From a candidate division FCPU426 bacterium (GTDB taxonomy: Bacteria > Oederibacteriota > Muellerivitia > Muellerivitales > Muellerivitaceae): DNA of 64,000 bases. Below, in pieces: positions 9,465 through 20,479 of this stretch. The stretch covers positions 1 to 64,000 of the forward strand of contig CAWHOE010000049.1 of the NCBI GenBank assembly GCA_963830915.1, given 5' to 3'. The position numbers and the translations under genes were made by a program. The notes below the pieces were generated by a model. The model was given only the letters and a program-made list of their open reading frames with translations, did no database searches and was not told the DNA's origin. How positions within the stretch are numbered: position 1 is the first letter of the stretch; each line of letters begins with the position of its first letter.

Positions 9465-11672
9465 GTATCCCGCGCAGAAAACCATCACAGCGTTCTGGGA
9501 AGTCTCCCCTTCGTTCGAGGCCCAGGACCCATTGCCCCCGCAGGCGTCCACGAAGCATTTGGCGGGAGGGGTTCCCCGATTGATCAGGGTGGTCAGGAAA
9601 TAGTCCGCTCCGGTCGGGTATTCGTTGGGACCGCCGGAGACCCATCCCGGCATGACCTTTCCCAGCGAGGCGCAATCCCAATGGTAGGGATGGCTGGTAC
9701 TGCGGGTTCCGTGGCCGGTCACGAAAGAAAAACCAAGGCTGTTTTCCCCCAAGATCCAATCCATCTGGCGCAAGGCCGTCGCGCGGTAATGGGAATCGCC
9801 CGTCAAGGCGTGGGCGAAAAGTAACGCGGCGGTTTTCCCTAGGAGATTCTCATTGGTTTCCCACCAATATTCATTGGAAGCCTGGACAACTCCATAACCG
9901 TTGATTTGGGAGGCTTGGACCAGGGGGTCGCAGATGTTCACCAGGGCTTTTTGGATAGTATCTTTTCCATCGGATGAGTTTTTGGGGTCAAAAGCCTGGG
10001 CCATATAGCCGAATAACTGGGGTTCCTGCCAGCTGGTGGGTTTGAGCTTATCCGGAGTGGCCTCTTTGCTGAAGCGTTCCTGGAGGGAAGGGTCCTCGGT
10101 CAGTCGGGCAAACTCTCCCAGCGCCCAAAGGCGTTCCTGGGACGGGTCGGTGTCGACATAGTCGGGGTCGTTCTGGAGAAGGTTGGGGTTTTTCTCAAGC
10201 CAGGCCCAGGTCTGTTTGGCTGCCTTGGCGCACTTCTGGGAGAAAGCTGGGTCGGCATGGGCGAATACCCTGGAGGCCTGGCACATGGCGCCCACGAAAT
10301 CGGCGGCGTCGATGGTTCCGGCGAATTGGGCGTAGCGCTGGGTCGGGTCCTTCTCGGGCACGGTCCCGAAACAGAAATGATCCTCCGAATCTACCTTGTG
10401 CCAGACGCTCCCGTCGGACCTTTGCATTTTCAACAGCCAAGTGAGCCCCCACTTGGCCTCGTTCAAAAGGTCGGAGACGCCATTCCCTGATTCGGGGATA
10501 TGGTTGTTCAGGTCCTTCAAAAGGGGTGTTTTTAACTCATAAACCCACATCATGTAAGCGCAGCTGATCGATTCTTCCAGGGTCCACTTGCCGTAATCAC
10601 CGGCGTTGTGCCATCCGCCGGTGAGGTCCCCGGTCTTGGTGCCGTCCTTGGCGGGCGCGTCCTTTATATGGCAGGCTTCATGTTTAATGCCAGTTACGGT
10701 GTCGTCGATGGCGGTACCGCAACGGATAAGGTAGAAGCACCTAAGGGCGTCCTTGAAAAGAGGAAGATAAACCCCGTCGCCGATGGAAAAAGGCTGAGAT
10801 TTTACTCCATCGATCACTACGGTGTAGCGGCCGGGAAGGGTCAATCCGGAAAAATCAACTTGGAAAACTTTCTCTCCGGTGGACTTGAGGTCGTCGATGG
10901 GTTCGGATTGGATCTTGCCCGAAAAGGCGGTGTGGCCAGCCTCATCCTCTACCTTAAAAGAGTCGCCTTTCTTCACTCCCCCTGGGATCTCGGAAACGAC
11001 GAAGGTTTTCCCTCCGTCCGGCAGGTATCCCTGCTGGTTCACTTTGGGCTCGTTCAAGATGGGATTGGCTTCCGGTGCCTTCAGGGTCGCTTCGTTTTTT
11101 TTATAGAACTCGATGTTATCCACGCATAGAAAACCTTTTGCCCCGGTTGTTCCGGCGGCCGCCCATTGGACTCCCGTGACCTGGGTGGGGTCCCAGGGTT
11201 TGTGGGTACCCCATGTCTGGGTGAACTGATTAAAGGGAAGCTCGAAGAGCTTCCAATCAGAGGATAAGGCGATAGGACAGGAGAAATGGTTATATTCTTT
11301 GCTGGTGGATGTCAGGGGGATCTGACAGTTCCAATCTCCGGAACCCTTGGCGTAAAAACGGACACCCTCGTAAGCGGAAAGATCCTGAGGGGCAAAGGAA
11401 GTGTTCATGCCGGCGTAAGGGTATTGCAGACCGGCCTTCAATTCCATGTCGATTCGGGCGCAATGGGCCGATCCGTATCCCTCTGGGGAATAGGCAAAGG
11501 GTTTAGGGGTTACCGCGGAATAGACGTCACTATAGGAAGACCAGTAACCACCCAGCCGATTGGCCGGGGAGATTCCCTCGCAGTCATCCACCAGTAGCGC
11601 GGCTATGGAAGGTCGCGCGATCAATAGAATCAGAAAAAACCAGGAAAGGAATGACAGGGAACGGATATTCAT
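9450..11672 (-). CDS. Secreted GH9 glycoside hydrolase with N-terminal CBM11/CIA30-like and CelD_N Ig-like domains
   Basis: Signal peptide; KVNQQGYLP (CelD_N); DLTGGWHNAGDYGK; LGENSLGFSFVTGHG..HPYH; SNE catalytic-acid region. Confidence 0.9.
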   Translation of the reverse strand: MNIRSLSFLSWFFLILLIARPSIAALLVDDCEGISPANRLGGYWSSYSDVYSAVTPKPFAYSPEGYGSAHCARIDMELKAGLQYPYAGMNTSFAPQDLSAYEGVRFYAKGSGDWNCQIPLTSTSKEYNHFSCPIALSSDWKLFELPFNQFTQTWGTHKPWDPTQVTGVQWAAAGTTGAKGFLCVDNIEFYKKNEATLKAPEANPILNEPKVNQQGYLPDGGKTFVVSEIPGGVKKGDSFKVEDEAGHTAFSGKIQSEPIDDLKSTGEKVFQVDFSGLTLPGRYTVVIDGVKSQPFSIGDGVYLPLFKDALRCFYLIRCGTAIDDTVTGIKHEACHIKDAPAKDGTKTGDLTGGWHNAGDYGKWTLEESISCAYMMWVYELKTPLLKDLNNHIPESGNGVSDLLNEAKWGLTWLLKMQRSDGSVWHKVDSEDHFCFGTVPEKDPTQRYAQFAGTIDAADFVGAMCQASRVFAHADPAFSQKCAKAAKQTWAWLEKNPNLLQNDPDYVDTDPSQERLWALGEFARLTEDPSLQERFSKEATPDKLKPTSWQEPQLFGYMAQAFDPKNSSDGKDTIQKALVNICDPLVQASQINGYGVVQASNEYWWETNENLLGKTAALLFAHALTGDSHYRATALRQMDWILGENSLGFSFVTGHGTRSTSHPYHWDCASLGKVMPGWVSGGPNEYPTGADYFLTTLINRGTPPAKCFVDACGGNGSWASNEGETSQNAVMVFCAGYLSGN

Positions 11673-11876
11673 AAGCCGACCTCCAAGTTAAAACGTATAG
11701 GTGCCTCCGTCAATGCGCCGATTGGACGAGGAAATCACTAATAAGTGTCATTCCATTTTGTGAAATTTACCACGAATAGCTTGAATCATATCGATCTAGA
11801 TTATTCTCGACCCGGCCTTTTATACCTTATTAAAAGAAGAGTGTTAAAATAAGCAATATTTTTAACGGAGGTTTTT

Positions 11877-12518
11877 TTGAACTCGCTCCAGCTGGTTATG
11901 GTGAATTTTATATCCCTGTCCGCAATCATTTATACACTTCAATACACAAATAATGACCTACGGGTCGTTATTTATTCTTTTGTTATTGGGATTCTCTTCA
12001 AATTCTTGACGGTAGAAGTGTTATTGAGTTTGAGTAAAGCAAAACAAAAATGGGTTGAGAAATATTTAATTTCACCGCCCCCCGGAGAGAACGAGTTGTT
12101 GCCATTTGGCAGTCTGGGGCTTTCCTATCATTCCTCCTGGGATTATTTTATGAGCACCCTCGTTTTTGGGCTCATTACGTTCACTTTTGTCAACAACGCG
12201 GATTTTAGTTCTGATATTGTTTTGCTGGAATTGAAGTGGGGCCTTATCTACGCGGGAGTCTATTGGGTGAAAGACTTAGTAAGCCGTAGTATTGAAGTTG
12301 ATTTTAAAAACGATCGAAATGAAAACCTTAGTTATAATTCCCAATCTTTCCAGGTGCTTTTCGCCGCTTGTGTCGTTGGTTTGGTGATATATGCCTTCGC
12401 TTGGAACATCCATCGACATCTCCCGATATGGTTCGCTTGTGGCCCCTTTTTGGTCATCAAACATGGTTTGGACCTTGCTCAGGACGTTCGGCGCTTTGCC
12501 CGCAGGAATAGTGTTTGA
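11877..12518 (+). CDS. Hypothetical multi-TM membrane protein (AT-rich)
   Basis: 213 aa ORF, GGAGG RBS before TTG start, several hydrophobic segments. Confidence 0.65.
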   Translation: MNSLQLVMVNFISLSAIIYTLQYTNNDLRVVIYSFVIGILFKFLTVEVLLSLSKAKQKWVEKYLISPPPGENELLPFGSLGLSYHSSWDYFMSTLVFGLITFTFVNNADFSSDIVLLELKWGLIYAGVYWVKDLVSRSIEVDFKNDRNENLSYNSQSFQVLFAACVVGLVIYAFAWNIHRHLPIWFACGPFLVIKHGLDLAQDVRRFARRNSV

Positions 12519-12649
12519 GAAGTATCTTGTTAAGGACTCTTTTTAGGTTTTGGTTTTGCGCTAATCTCGCCCCAAGGCTGGACGACTAAAGGGCCTTATA
12601 GTAGAGTTTCGAGGGACTTCATCATCATTTCTAAAAAGGCAGTTGCCAC

Positions 12650-14788
12650 TTGAACGCCAAAAAGACCTTCTGGTTACTCTGGGCGGCCTACGCCGGCTTG
12701 ATGCTCTACTGGGCCATCCGCTTCTGGGGTCATTTTCCCGCCTTCATGGATACCCTGGAATATGTGTTCCCTGAGAAGTGGTTCAATGTGGAATCCTTCC
12801 GCCAGGGTTTGTTGCCTCTCTGGAATCCTTACATCGCCTGCGGCACGCCCCATGTGGCCAATCTCCAGTCGGCCGCCTTCTATCCTTTTTTCTGGTTATG
12901 GAATCTCACCGGCTTGACCGATTGGTTCTTCGTCGGGGCGTTGCTCCACGGTGCCTGGGCCACCCTGGGTTTTTATTTCTGGCTCAGGTTCCATAAGGTC
13001 CAACCCGTTACGGCGGTCCTTTGCGCCATGAGCTTCGGAGGTTCGGGTTTGATGGTCATCTATTGGGGATTCCCGACCCACCTGGCTTCCTTATCCTGGG
13101 TCCCCTGGCTTTTCCTAGGCGCCGCCCACATGATGAAGAAACAGAATTTCCTTTGGTTCGGGTTGACGGTTCTTTTCGGGGCTTTTCAGTTCCTGGCCGG
13201 TTATCCTTTTTTCATTTTCTACGCCATCCTGTTCCTCGCCGTTTGGATGATCCTGACCCTGCGGGCCCATCCCAAGGTCCTAGGTTGGGGAGGTCTGGCC
13301 TTGGGATTGGGTCTGTTACTGACCGCCTGTCAGTGGCTGCCTTTCCTGGATTTTCTCCGGGCCCTTCATCGGGAAGGGTGGCAAGATCCCATTTATTGCA
13401 TGCGTTGGGTCAATTACCTGACCCTGTTCCAACCCCAGATCCTGGGCATTCCAGGCACCCGGAGTTACCTGGGGGATTATCCCGATTTCATTTTCAATAA
13501 TCTGTATATGGGTCTGGTCCCCCTGGGACTTCTTCTTTGGTCCCTTGGGACCTTTCAAAAGTCCAAGGAAAGGTTCTGGACCATTTCGGCCCTTTTCTGG
13601 TTTTTTTGGATCGCCGGAACCCATTGCTTCCTGTGGTTCTTCATCCCCTCCAAATGGTTGGGGATATTAGCGACCTCTTCGTCTTCCTTCCTGTTCCTCT
13701 TTTGCGCTCTGACCGCGCTCGGGCTTCGTTTGAAGGAAAGATCAGAAACCAATGGAAAGAAAAAAAACTCGCGTCCTTGGGTCTGGTTCCTGGGAGTGTT
13801 GTGGCTACTGGATATACTGTTCATCCCGAGCCGGGTGTTGAACATGGTGCCGGACCCTTACCGGGACGGCAGGGTACAGCAGGCCGCGGCCCAAGCCAAA
13901 ACCATGACGGGAGAAGGACGGATGGTCAGTCTGCACGGCCTGGACCAATACCATTCCCCCGAGGCTGTGACACTGGAGGATTCTTACATCACGTCCGCGG
14001 AAAACCTCACCGCCAATACGAATATAGTTTGGGGACTTCGTTCGGCCAGGGGATACCTTTCCATCTATGTGGACGGCTATCAAGATCTTCAAACCTATTT
14101 CCAAAAAGGTTTTCCTTATGACGGCAGGGTTTTGGACGCGGCCGGGATCAAACTCATCCTGACGAACGAAAAACTGGGTTCTTTCAAGTATTGTCTGTCC
14201 CAACCCAGGGGAGAAATGATCTATACCCAGAACGCGGGGGCCATGGAGGAAGCTTGGCAGGTGGAGAGGGTGCGGGAATTCCCGGGAAGACCGGAGGTGT
14301 TCGAGGCTTTGATGAATCCCAAGGCTTTTCTTGAGAATGAGGTCTACACGGAGAGAGGGCAGGACGGCAAGGCGGTCCGGCTCGCGCCGGTCGATAGGAT
14401 CCTGGCGGACGGAGTGCGGATCGATGTTTGGGACAGGATCGTTGGTTTCTGGCGCAATCTTTTCGAGTCCCAAGCCAAGATCCAGATGGTTCAGCCTTCA
14501 CCCAGCCGAGTGGAATTCGGAGTGTCCACTCCCAAGAGAGGTTTCCTTGTGTTCGATGAAAGCTACGCTCCAGGCTGGCACGCCTGGGTGGATGGAAGGC
14601 CGGTTCCCATATTCCGAGCCAATGGAATGTGGATGACGGTGGAATTATCTGAGTCCGGTGAACACCGAGTGGTGTTCCGATATGAACCAACGTCCCTTAG
14701 ACTTGGATTGTTTTTGACCTTGATCACATTGATCGGTCTTTTTTCATTGTTGGTTTTGAAAAGGCAAAGAATTTTCCGTTTTGAATGA
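12650..14788 (+). CDS. YfhO-family GT-C membrane glycosyltransferase
   Basis: PLWNPYIACGTPHVANLQSAAFYP; ESYAPGWHAWVDG..RANG..GEHRVVFRYEP. Confidence 0.85.
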   Translation: MNAKKTFWLLWAAYAGLMLYWAIRFWGHFPAFMDTLEYVFPEKWFNVESFRQGLLPLWNPYIACGTPHVANLQSAAFYPFFWLWNLTGLTDWFFVGALLHGAWATLGFYFWLRFHKVQPVTAVLCAMSFGGSGLMVIYWGFPTHLASLSWVPWLFLGAAHMMKKQNFLWFGLTVLFGAFQFLAGYPFFIFYAILFLAVWMILTLRAHPKVLGWGGLALGLGLLLTACQWLPFLDFLRALHREGWQDPIYCMRWVNYLTLFQPQILGIPGTRSYLGDYPDFIFNNLYMGLVPLGLLLWSLGTFQKSKERFWTISALFWFFWIAGTHCFLWFFIPSKWLGILATSSSSFLFLFCALTALGLRLKERSETNGKKKNSRPWVWFLGVLWLLDILFIPSRVLNMVPDPYRDGRVQQAAAQAKTMTGEGRMVSLHGLDQYHSPEAVTLEDSYITSAENLTANTNIVWGLRSARGYLSIYVDGYQDLQTYFQKGFPYDGRVLDAAGIKLILTNEKLGSFKYCLSQPRGEMIYTQNAGAMEEAWQVERVREFPGRPEVFEALMNPKAFLENEVYTERGQDGKAVRLAPVDRILADGVRIDVWDRIVGFWRNLFESQAKIQMVQPSPSRVEFGVSTPKRGFLVFDESYAPGWHAWVDGRPVPIFRANGMWMTVELSESGEHRVVFRYEPTSLRLGLFLTLITLIGLFSLLVLKRQRIFRFE

Positions 14789-14984
14789 ATGAGTTGTAAA
14801 TATTCAGTGTATGAGAGTATCGTTCCTAAAAATATTTTCATTTAAACGTTAAAGAAATTCCGACAAAGTTAACAATCCGCAAAGTTTTCCGATAAAACAA
14901 ACCCCGAAGCAAATTAGCCTAATCATTTACATATCGTTGTTATGGTGTGAGAATTATTAACAAAATATTTCCAGGGATTCCTTT

Positions 14985-17900
14985 GTGTTAACCGTAAAAC
15001 GATTTGAGAAAGTTATGTTTTTTGTGGCTTTCTTTTTATTGGTTCTGCTTGAAAGCGCTTCGACATCTTGGGCTCAAGCTTATGGAACCATGTATGGCGC
15101 GGTCAATGGAACCTCCAATGTAAATTCCGGTAATCCAGCCCATCCCTTTGGCGAATATCTTCAACTGCCCAATGGCATGATCGCTCAACCTGAAGGTGTT
15201 ACCGATTCGGACATGACCGCCATGTGGATGAAATACTACGGTTTATATGTGGGATCTGAAGTGGAGTACACCGGGGAAACGGTCAACGGTATTCCCTTGA
15301 TCGCGAATTTCGCCCTGAATAATGGCGGTAATAACCACCACGCCTTGAGTGAAAGCATGGGGTATTCCGTGTTGATAGCCGCTTCTTTCGCGGATAAGCC
15401 CCTCTTTGATGGTCTTTATATGTTCATCAAAACCCATATGGTCGGGGCCAACCTGACTCCTAACTGCGACAACTTCACCGCTTATCTTCCCAACTGGGAA
15501 ATATCAATGACCGCGCCCTTTGGGGTGAATGGTTGTGATTCGGCGGGTGACGGCGATGAGGATATCGCGATGGGAGTTCTTTTGGCCAGTAAACAATGGC
15601 CCTCCACCGGTGTCATCAACTATGCCGGCGAGGCGCAGACCATGATCCAGGCCATGCTGGATATTGGTGTTGTTCCCGCCAGTAGTCCGGCTCAACCCTG
15701 GTACCGGGACGTGGACAAATATGACTATTACACCAGCGGTGACACATTCGATGTCAACGGTATCTCGAATACCGCTTATGCAGATTATTGGGATCCGGGC
15801 TACTACCGTTGTTGGGGTTCGACTTTCTCAGGGGTTTCCTATCCAGCCAGAGGTACGACCGGGGCTGAGTGGACCAACGTGGCGAATAACACGGCCAACG
15901 CGCTTGTTTCGGCTGACACGGCGGCGGGCAGCCATGGATTCAACTCGGACACCATCAGCCTTAACGGCGCGACGGGAACAACCCCGCCGACTAGTTTCTC
16001 TTATAGCGGGACAACCGCGAGCGCGGAAGGCATGAGAGGCCCTTGGCGTTACGTGATGGATGTGATCTATAACGGCAACAATACTTTGCAACCTTTTATC
16101 TCGAACACCAATACTTCCCTCAAGAACAACAACGTCGTTGTCTTGAGCGATGCCGATAAGGTCTGGAATATCGCTCAACAATGGAGCACGAACGGCACAT
16201 GGGCTTCGGGTCTGCCCAGCCAGTGGGGAATGGGTACCATGGCGGCGGTCGCCACTGGTTCAGGCGATCAGACCTGGATCAACCAGTCCTATCGGCTCGA
16301 CTCCACCTACCAATTTGTCCAGCAAGGCGCGGGGACCGATTATGCCCCGACCTCGCTCATTTATTACAACAACGACCTGGATATCCTGGGATTGCTCATC
16401 AACACCGGTAATTTTCCATGGCCTTGCGACAATCAATGGAACCAGGCTGTGATGAAGATCTCAGAGAATGTGGATAAGACCTTTGGTTGTCCTGGCGACA
16501 CCCTTAATTACTCGATCGTTTACAAGAACGTTGGAGCGGCCACAGCTCCTTCGGTCACCATAAAAGAAACCATTCCCTCCAACGCGGTCTATGTCACCTC
16601 GTCTCCCGTGGGGGTTAATGGGGGAGGTTTGGTGACTTGGAACATGACCAACGTGGCGCCCAATACACCGGCCACCATTACCGTCCAATTGCAGATATCG
16701 AATAGCGCCACTTCGGGGCAGACGGTCATCAACTCCGTGGAAGCGGACCCTTCCGCGGGTGTGACAGGAACAGCCTCGCCTTATCCGGATGTGGTTTCCA
16801 GCACTTTCCGGTCCAATTATGTGGACGTGGTGGATTGCGCCCTTTCCACGGCCAAGTCGGTCAACAAATCCGTGGTCAATCCCGGCGATACGGTAACTTA
16901 TACCCTGAACTACGCGAATAATTCCAATGAGAGGTTGGGCCGTACCAGGCCGCAGGTATTCGTTTGGTACACCAATCAATCGGCCCAAGCCCCTGCGAAT
17001 CCAGCCAGCAGTAACTTTTTCGAGACCGATTTCTCGGTCCTGAACGAATCTTACGAGGATATCAACCTGATGAACTATCGGGTTTCCTATTTCCTTAATG
17101 ACTTGGCCGCGGGTGTCAACGCGTGCGGCAGCACGGGAAACCCCTTCGCGCCCCAAACCATCTATGACACTTCCGGGGGTTTTACTTATCAAGACCTGCC
17201 TATGGTGGCGGGGACCGGTTACAACCAAAAGATCGTCATGCAGTGGGGAGGGAATGTGCCCAATATGGCCTCCACATTATTAATGGATCGTTACCTGATC
17301 GCTCAGTGGAACGGATGGGGCGGCCAGGTCCAGACCCAGGTCCATTGGTTCCGCACCGGTAACCGCAACGACACGGCCGATTGGAGCTACTCGAACGTGG
17401 CCGCGAGCCCCTGTCCCAGCTATGCATCCCTTCCCAATCTTGGTTATGTGCCGATCAAAACCCGGATCACCGACCCCGGGGGATACGCGGATCCCTGCAA
17501 CCAGGCCGGCTCGAACGCGGTTACCAATTTATTGGTGGAAGAATATGACGGCTCTACCTGGCGTGTGGTCGCGGGCAACGCTCCCTATTATGGACGGGAT
17601 ATCAACGCCGAATTGACCGATACTTTGGATTCCCATCTCACTTTCGGCGGGTTCGTGGGAGTGCCCTGTGACGCCGTCACCGCCTTCAACGCCGGCACCA
17701 ACACCGCCTCCTGGACTTGGCCCGATCTCAAGGCCACCGAATCCGGGACCGTGACCTACTGGGCGGTGGTCAAGAGCAACGCCGTGACCTGCAGTACCAT
17801 TCTCAATCAAGCCACATTGTTGGACCTGAACGGTCTGGAAAAAACCGCGGTCTCCAATTCCGTCCCCGTTTCAGTGGCTTGCACGCCCGTACCCACGGCC

Positions 17901-20348
17901 ACGGCCACTCCGGCTGAGATCGTCAAAACCGCCAATCCCACCTCAGTGGCCTCGGGCGGATCCGTGACCTACAGCTTGGTCTATACCAACCAGAACCCAG
18001 GTCTATTTAACTTCGGAGGATCCATGAGCGGATGGGTGGGGGCATCCGGAGCGGCCCTTTCCAACTGGGGAATCACGGGCGGTGATTTGGAGTACAACAA
18101 TTTCGGGGCCAGCGGTATCGTCAACCAGGGCGCCTATGCCGCCAACGGCATCTTGAATTTCACCATGTACCAACCGAGTTACCAGCCTAGCGGCGCCATC
18201 TTGCGGCAGAACGGTAACAGTTATTACTACCTCTGGATCAATGGGAATACCTATCCCAATCCCGCCCAGATCGCCATTCTCTATACCACGAACGGAGGTT
18301 CTTCCTTCACAACGGTGGGCGGCGCTGGCGGAATCGGATCTTTCGTCGCGCCCAACACCGCTGGAACTGGCACTACCGGACCCATCCAGGTGGAAGTGAC
18401 ATTGACCGGCAATAATTTTCAAGTGGACGTTTCTACTAACGGTGGGCCTTATAACCCCATCCTATCCGAAACCGACAATACCCTGGCGGGTCCAGGTTAT
18501 TTCGGGGTATATGGAACGGCGAATAATACCCAATTCAGCGTCTTTAATATGACGACCGATTGGGCCGCAGGGGTGGTCGTGACCGATGCGATCCCGACAG
18601 GTGAGACATTTGTTTCAGCAACAGGCGGAGGGACTAACACTCCTCCCATTACCTGGAACGAAGGGAATGTGGCGCCAGGCGCTAGCGTGACCGTGACCTG
18701 GGTGGCCCATGTTACCGCCGGGAATGGGACGGTGATCCCTAATACAGCTTCTATGTCAGCCTTGAACCGAGCACTGGAGACATCACTGACTGCCAATGTC
18801 ACGGTGGGTGGGGTCGCTTTTACGAACACTTTTACGCCAACACCAAGTCCCACTTTCACGGTAACTCAGACGCCGACCTTTACAGCCACCATGACCCCCA
18901 CTTTTTCGGCGACATCCACGCCGACCAATAGTCTGACTTCCACTTTTACGTCCACGCCAACTTCTACCTTCACGGCCACCCTTTCACCGACGATGACCGC
19001 GACGAAAACCACGACTTCCACACCCACCATCACCTGGACACCCACGGCCACCCCCACGGGAACTTCCGTTCCGCCGGTTCAAATAACCGTCGGTCCGAAT
19101 CCGCCTGTCGACAGCACCCAGTTGCCGGGAGCCGCTGGGATCACCATGATGCAATATGTCCTGACCAATCCCATCGCCTCAGCGGTGACGGTGACCAGCC
19201 TGACCTTGACCGATTCCGGAACGGGGAACGCGGCGACGGGGATCGCCTCGGTGGTTTTATTGCGTAATGGGGTCCCCATCTCGACAAGTACATTCAGCGG
19301 GACCCAGGCGACTTTGGCTATGGCCGACCTTTTGGCCGCCTCCTCGTCGGTGACCTACGAGGTAGAAGTGACCTTCACGACGGCCGCGGCTGGGACCTAC
19401 CAGTTTTCTATTACGGCCAATACCAGCCTGACTGGGGTGAACAGCGGAACTGGTTCGGCGGCGGCCTTTACGGGCGCTCCCGTGACAGGAGCGACGGTCA
19501 CCATCGTCTCTCCCACTTCGACCCCGACCATGACAGAGACATGGACTTTAACTTCATCCGCCACGAACACCGCGACCAAATCAGCCACCTTGACGCCGAC
19601 TTTGTCCTCTACCCCCACGCAGACCTGGACATTCACAGCGTCTTTGACCTCGACAGCCACCCCAACCTTGACCGGAACCCTGCCGCCCACCAATACATTC
19701 ACCAACACGGGTACCCCAACCTCCACCTTTACCCCCACCCTGACCCCGACCCTGACCGATACCGTTACGTCGACGTCCACACCGACCGTTACCTTGACCG
19801 CGACGAATACATTCACCGCCACCCCGTCCTCCACGGCCACCCCAACCCAGACGCCCTCGCTCACGGCGACCAATACCAATACCTTCACATCCACCTCGAC
19901 CCCATCGGGGACCTACACCCCAACCTTGACAGCCACATTCACTTCCACACCTTCCCCGACTTCGACCAAGACATCCACTCCGACCCCAACGGCTACCTTC
20001 ACCTTTACATTGACCTTCAGCCCGACCCAGACGCCGACCTGGACGGGCACGCCGTTGCCTGAGGATTTTTATGTCTCGAAGAACATGTTCGAGCCTGATG
20101 AGGGCGAGTCTGTTTCCATCCACGTGCGCTTGAACACCTATCCGGGGGAATACTATTTGTGGGTCTACAACTCGGCGGGGGAACAGATCGTCCAATTGGA
20201 CCATCAAGAATTGAACGGTCCTTTCGACACCTGGTACCCATGGAATGGCCTGAACAAGTACCAACAAAAATGCGCCAGCGGTGTTTATCTCATCTACTTG
20301 GTCGAACCTCTCAGCCAAAAGATGAAAAAAGTCCTATTGGTAAGATGA
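14985..20348 (+). CDS. Giant secreted GH8 glycoside hydrolase with DUF11 repeats, CBM3-like and ConA/LamG-like inserts, Thr-rich stalk and C-terminal FlgD/T9SS-CTD-like domain
   Basis: Signal peptide; [22 protein letters not shown] (GH8 motifs); K..GD.+TY...Y.N/TD.+P DUF11 motifs; TPT repeats; VYNSAGE..WNG..ASGVY..KVLLVR. Confidence 0.85.
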   Translation: MLTVKRFEKVMFFVAFFLLVLLESASTSWAQAYGTMYGAVNGTSNVNSGNPAHPFGEYLQLPNGMIAQPEGVTDSDMTAMWMKYYGLYVGSEVEYTGETVNGIPLIANFALNNGGNNHHALSESMGYSVLIAASFADKPLFDGLYMFIKTHMVGANLTPNCDNFTAYLPNWEISMTAPFGVNGCDSAGDGDEDIAMGVLLASKQWPSTGVINYAGEAQTMIQAMLDIGVVPASSPAQPWYRDVDKYDYYTSGDTFDVNGISNTAYADYWDPGYYRCWGSTFSGVSYPARGTTGAEWTNVANNTANALVSADTAAGSHGFNSDTISLNGATGTTPPTSFSYSGTTASAEGMRGPWRYVMDVIYNGNNTLQPFISNTNTSLKNNNVVVLSDADKVWNIAQQWSTNGTWASGLPSQWGMGTMAAVATGSGDQTWINQSYRLDSTYQFVQQGAGTDYAPTSLIYYNNDLDILGLLINTGNFPWPCDNQWNQAVMKISENVDKTFGCPGDTLNYSIVYKNVGAATAPSVTIKETIPSNAVYVTSSPVGVNGGGLVTWNMTNVAPNTPATITVQLQISNSATSGQTVINSVEADPSAGVTGTASPYPDVVSSTFRSNYVDVVDCALSTAKSVNKSVVNPGDTVTYTLNYANNSNERLGRTRPQVFVWYTNQSAQAPANPASSNFFETDFSVLNESYEDINLMNYRVSYFLNDLAAGVNACGSTGNPFAPQTIYDTSGGFTYQDLPMVAGTGYNQKIVMQWGGNVPNMASTLLMDRYLIAQWNGWGGQVQTQVHWFRTGNRNDTADWSYSNVAASPCPSYASLPNLGYVPIKTRITDPGGYADPCNQAGSNAVTNLLVEEYDGSTWRVVAGNAPYYGRDINAELTDTLDSHLTFGGFVGVPCDAVTAFNAGTNTASWTWPDLKATESGTVTYWAVVKSNAVTCSTILNQATLLDLNGLEKTAVSNSVPVSVACTPVPTATATPAEIVKTANPTSVASGGSVTYSLVYTNQNPGLFNFGGSMSGWVGASGAALSNWGITGGDLEYNNFGASGIVNQGAYAANGILNFTMYQPSYQPSGAILRQNGNSYYYLWINGNTYPNPAQIAILYTTNGGSSFTTVGGAGGIGSFVAPNTAGTGTTGPIQVEVTLTGNNFQVDVSTNGGPYNPILSETDNTLAGPGYFGVYGTANNTQFSVFNMTTDWAAGVVVTDAIPTGETFVSATGGGTNTPPITWNEGNVAPGASVTVTWVAHVTAGNGTVIPNTASMSALNRALETSLTANVTVGGVAFTNTFTPTPSPTFTVTQTPTFTATMTPTFSATSTPTNSLTSTFTSTPTSTFTATLSPTMTATKTTTSTPTITWTPTATPTGTSVPPVQITVGPNPPVDSTQLPGAAGITMMQYVLTNPIASAVTVTSLTLTDSGTGNAATGIASVVLLRNGVPISTSTFSGTQATLAMADLLAASSSVTYEVEVTFTTAAAGTYQFSITANTSLTGVNSGTGSAAAFTGAPVTGATVTIVSPTSTPTMTETWTLTSSATNTATKSATLTPTLSSTPTQTWTFTASLTSTATPTLTGTLPPTNTFTNTGTPTSTFTPTLTPTLTDTVTSTSTPTVTLTATNTFTATPSSTATPTQTPSLTATNTNTFTSTSTPSGTYTPTLTATFTSTPSPTSTKTSTPTPTATFTFTLTFSPTQTPTWTGTPLPEDFYVSKNMFEPDEGESVSIHVRLNTYPGEYYLWVYNSAGEQIVQLDHQELNGPFDTWYPWNGLNKYQQKCASGVYLIYLVEPLSQKMKKVLLVR
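18873..20348 (+). repeat. Copy 1 of a 1476-bp direct repeat (3' part of first GH8 gene)
   Basis: Matches 23849-25324 at offset 4976; ORF-track translations in the covered frames are the same in both copies. Confidence 0.95.
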
Positions 20349-20479
20349 GCGAGGATTTTCATTCGCTTGATAATTTTGGGGAGGGATAACGAAGGCAATG
20401 GTTAAACATGGTCGTGCGAACAAATTTGAAATAGATGTTTGAATATTGATCTGAAAAACTAATTTTTTTTGAGGTTGTA

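Noticed and set aside
19397..20318. Val/Gly-rich and His/Asp-rich ORFs over the Thr stalks (also 24373-25294, 27718-28311)
   Set aside because: Alternative-frame translations of ACN-rich repeats.
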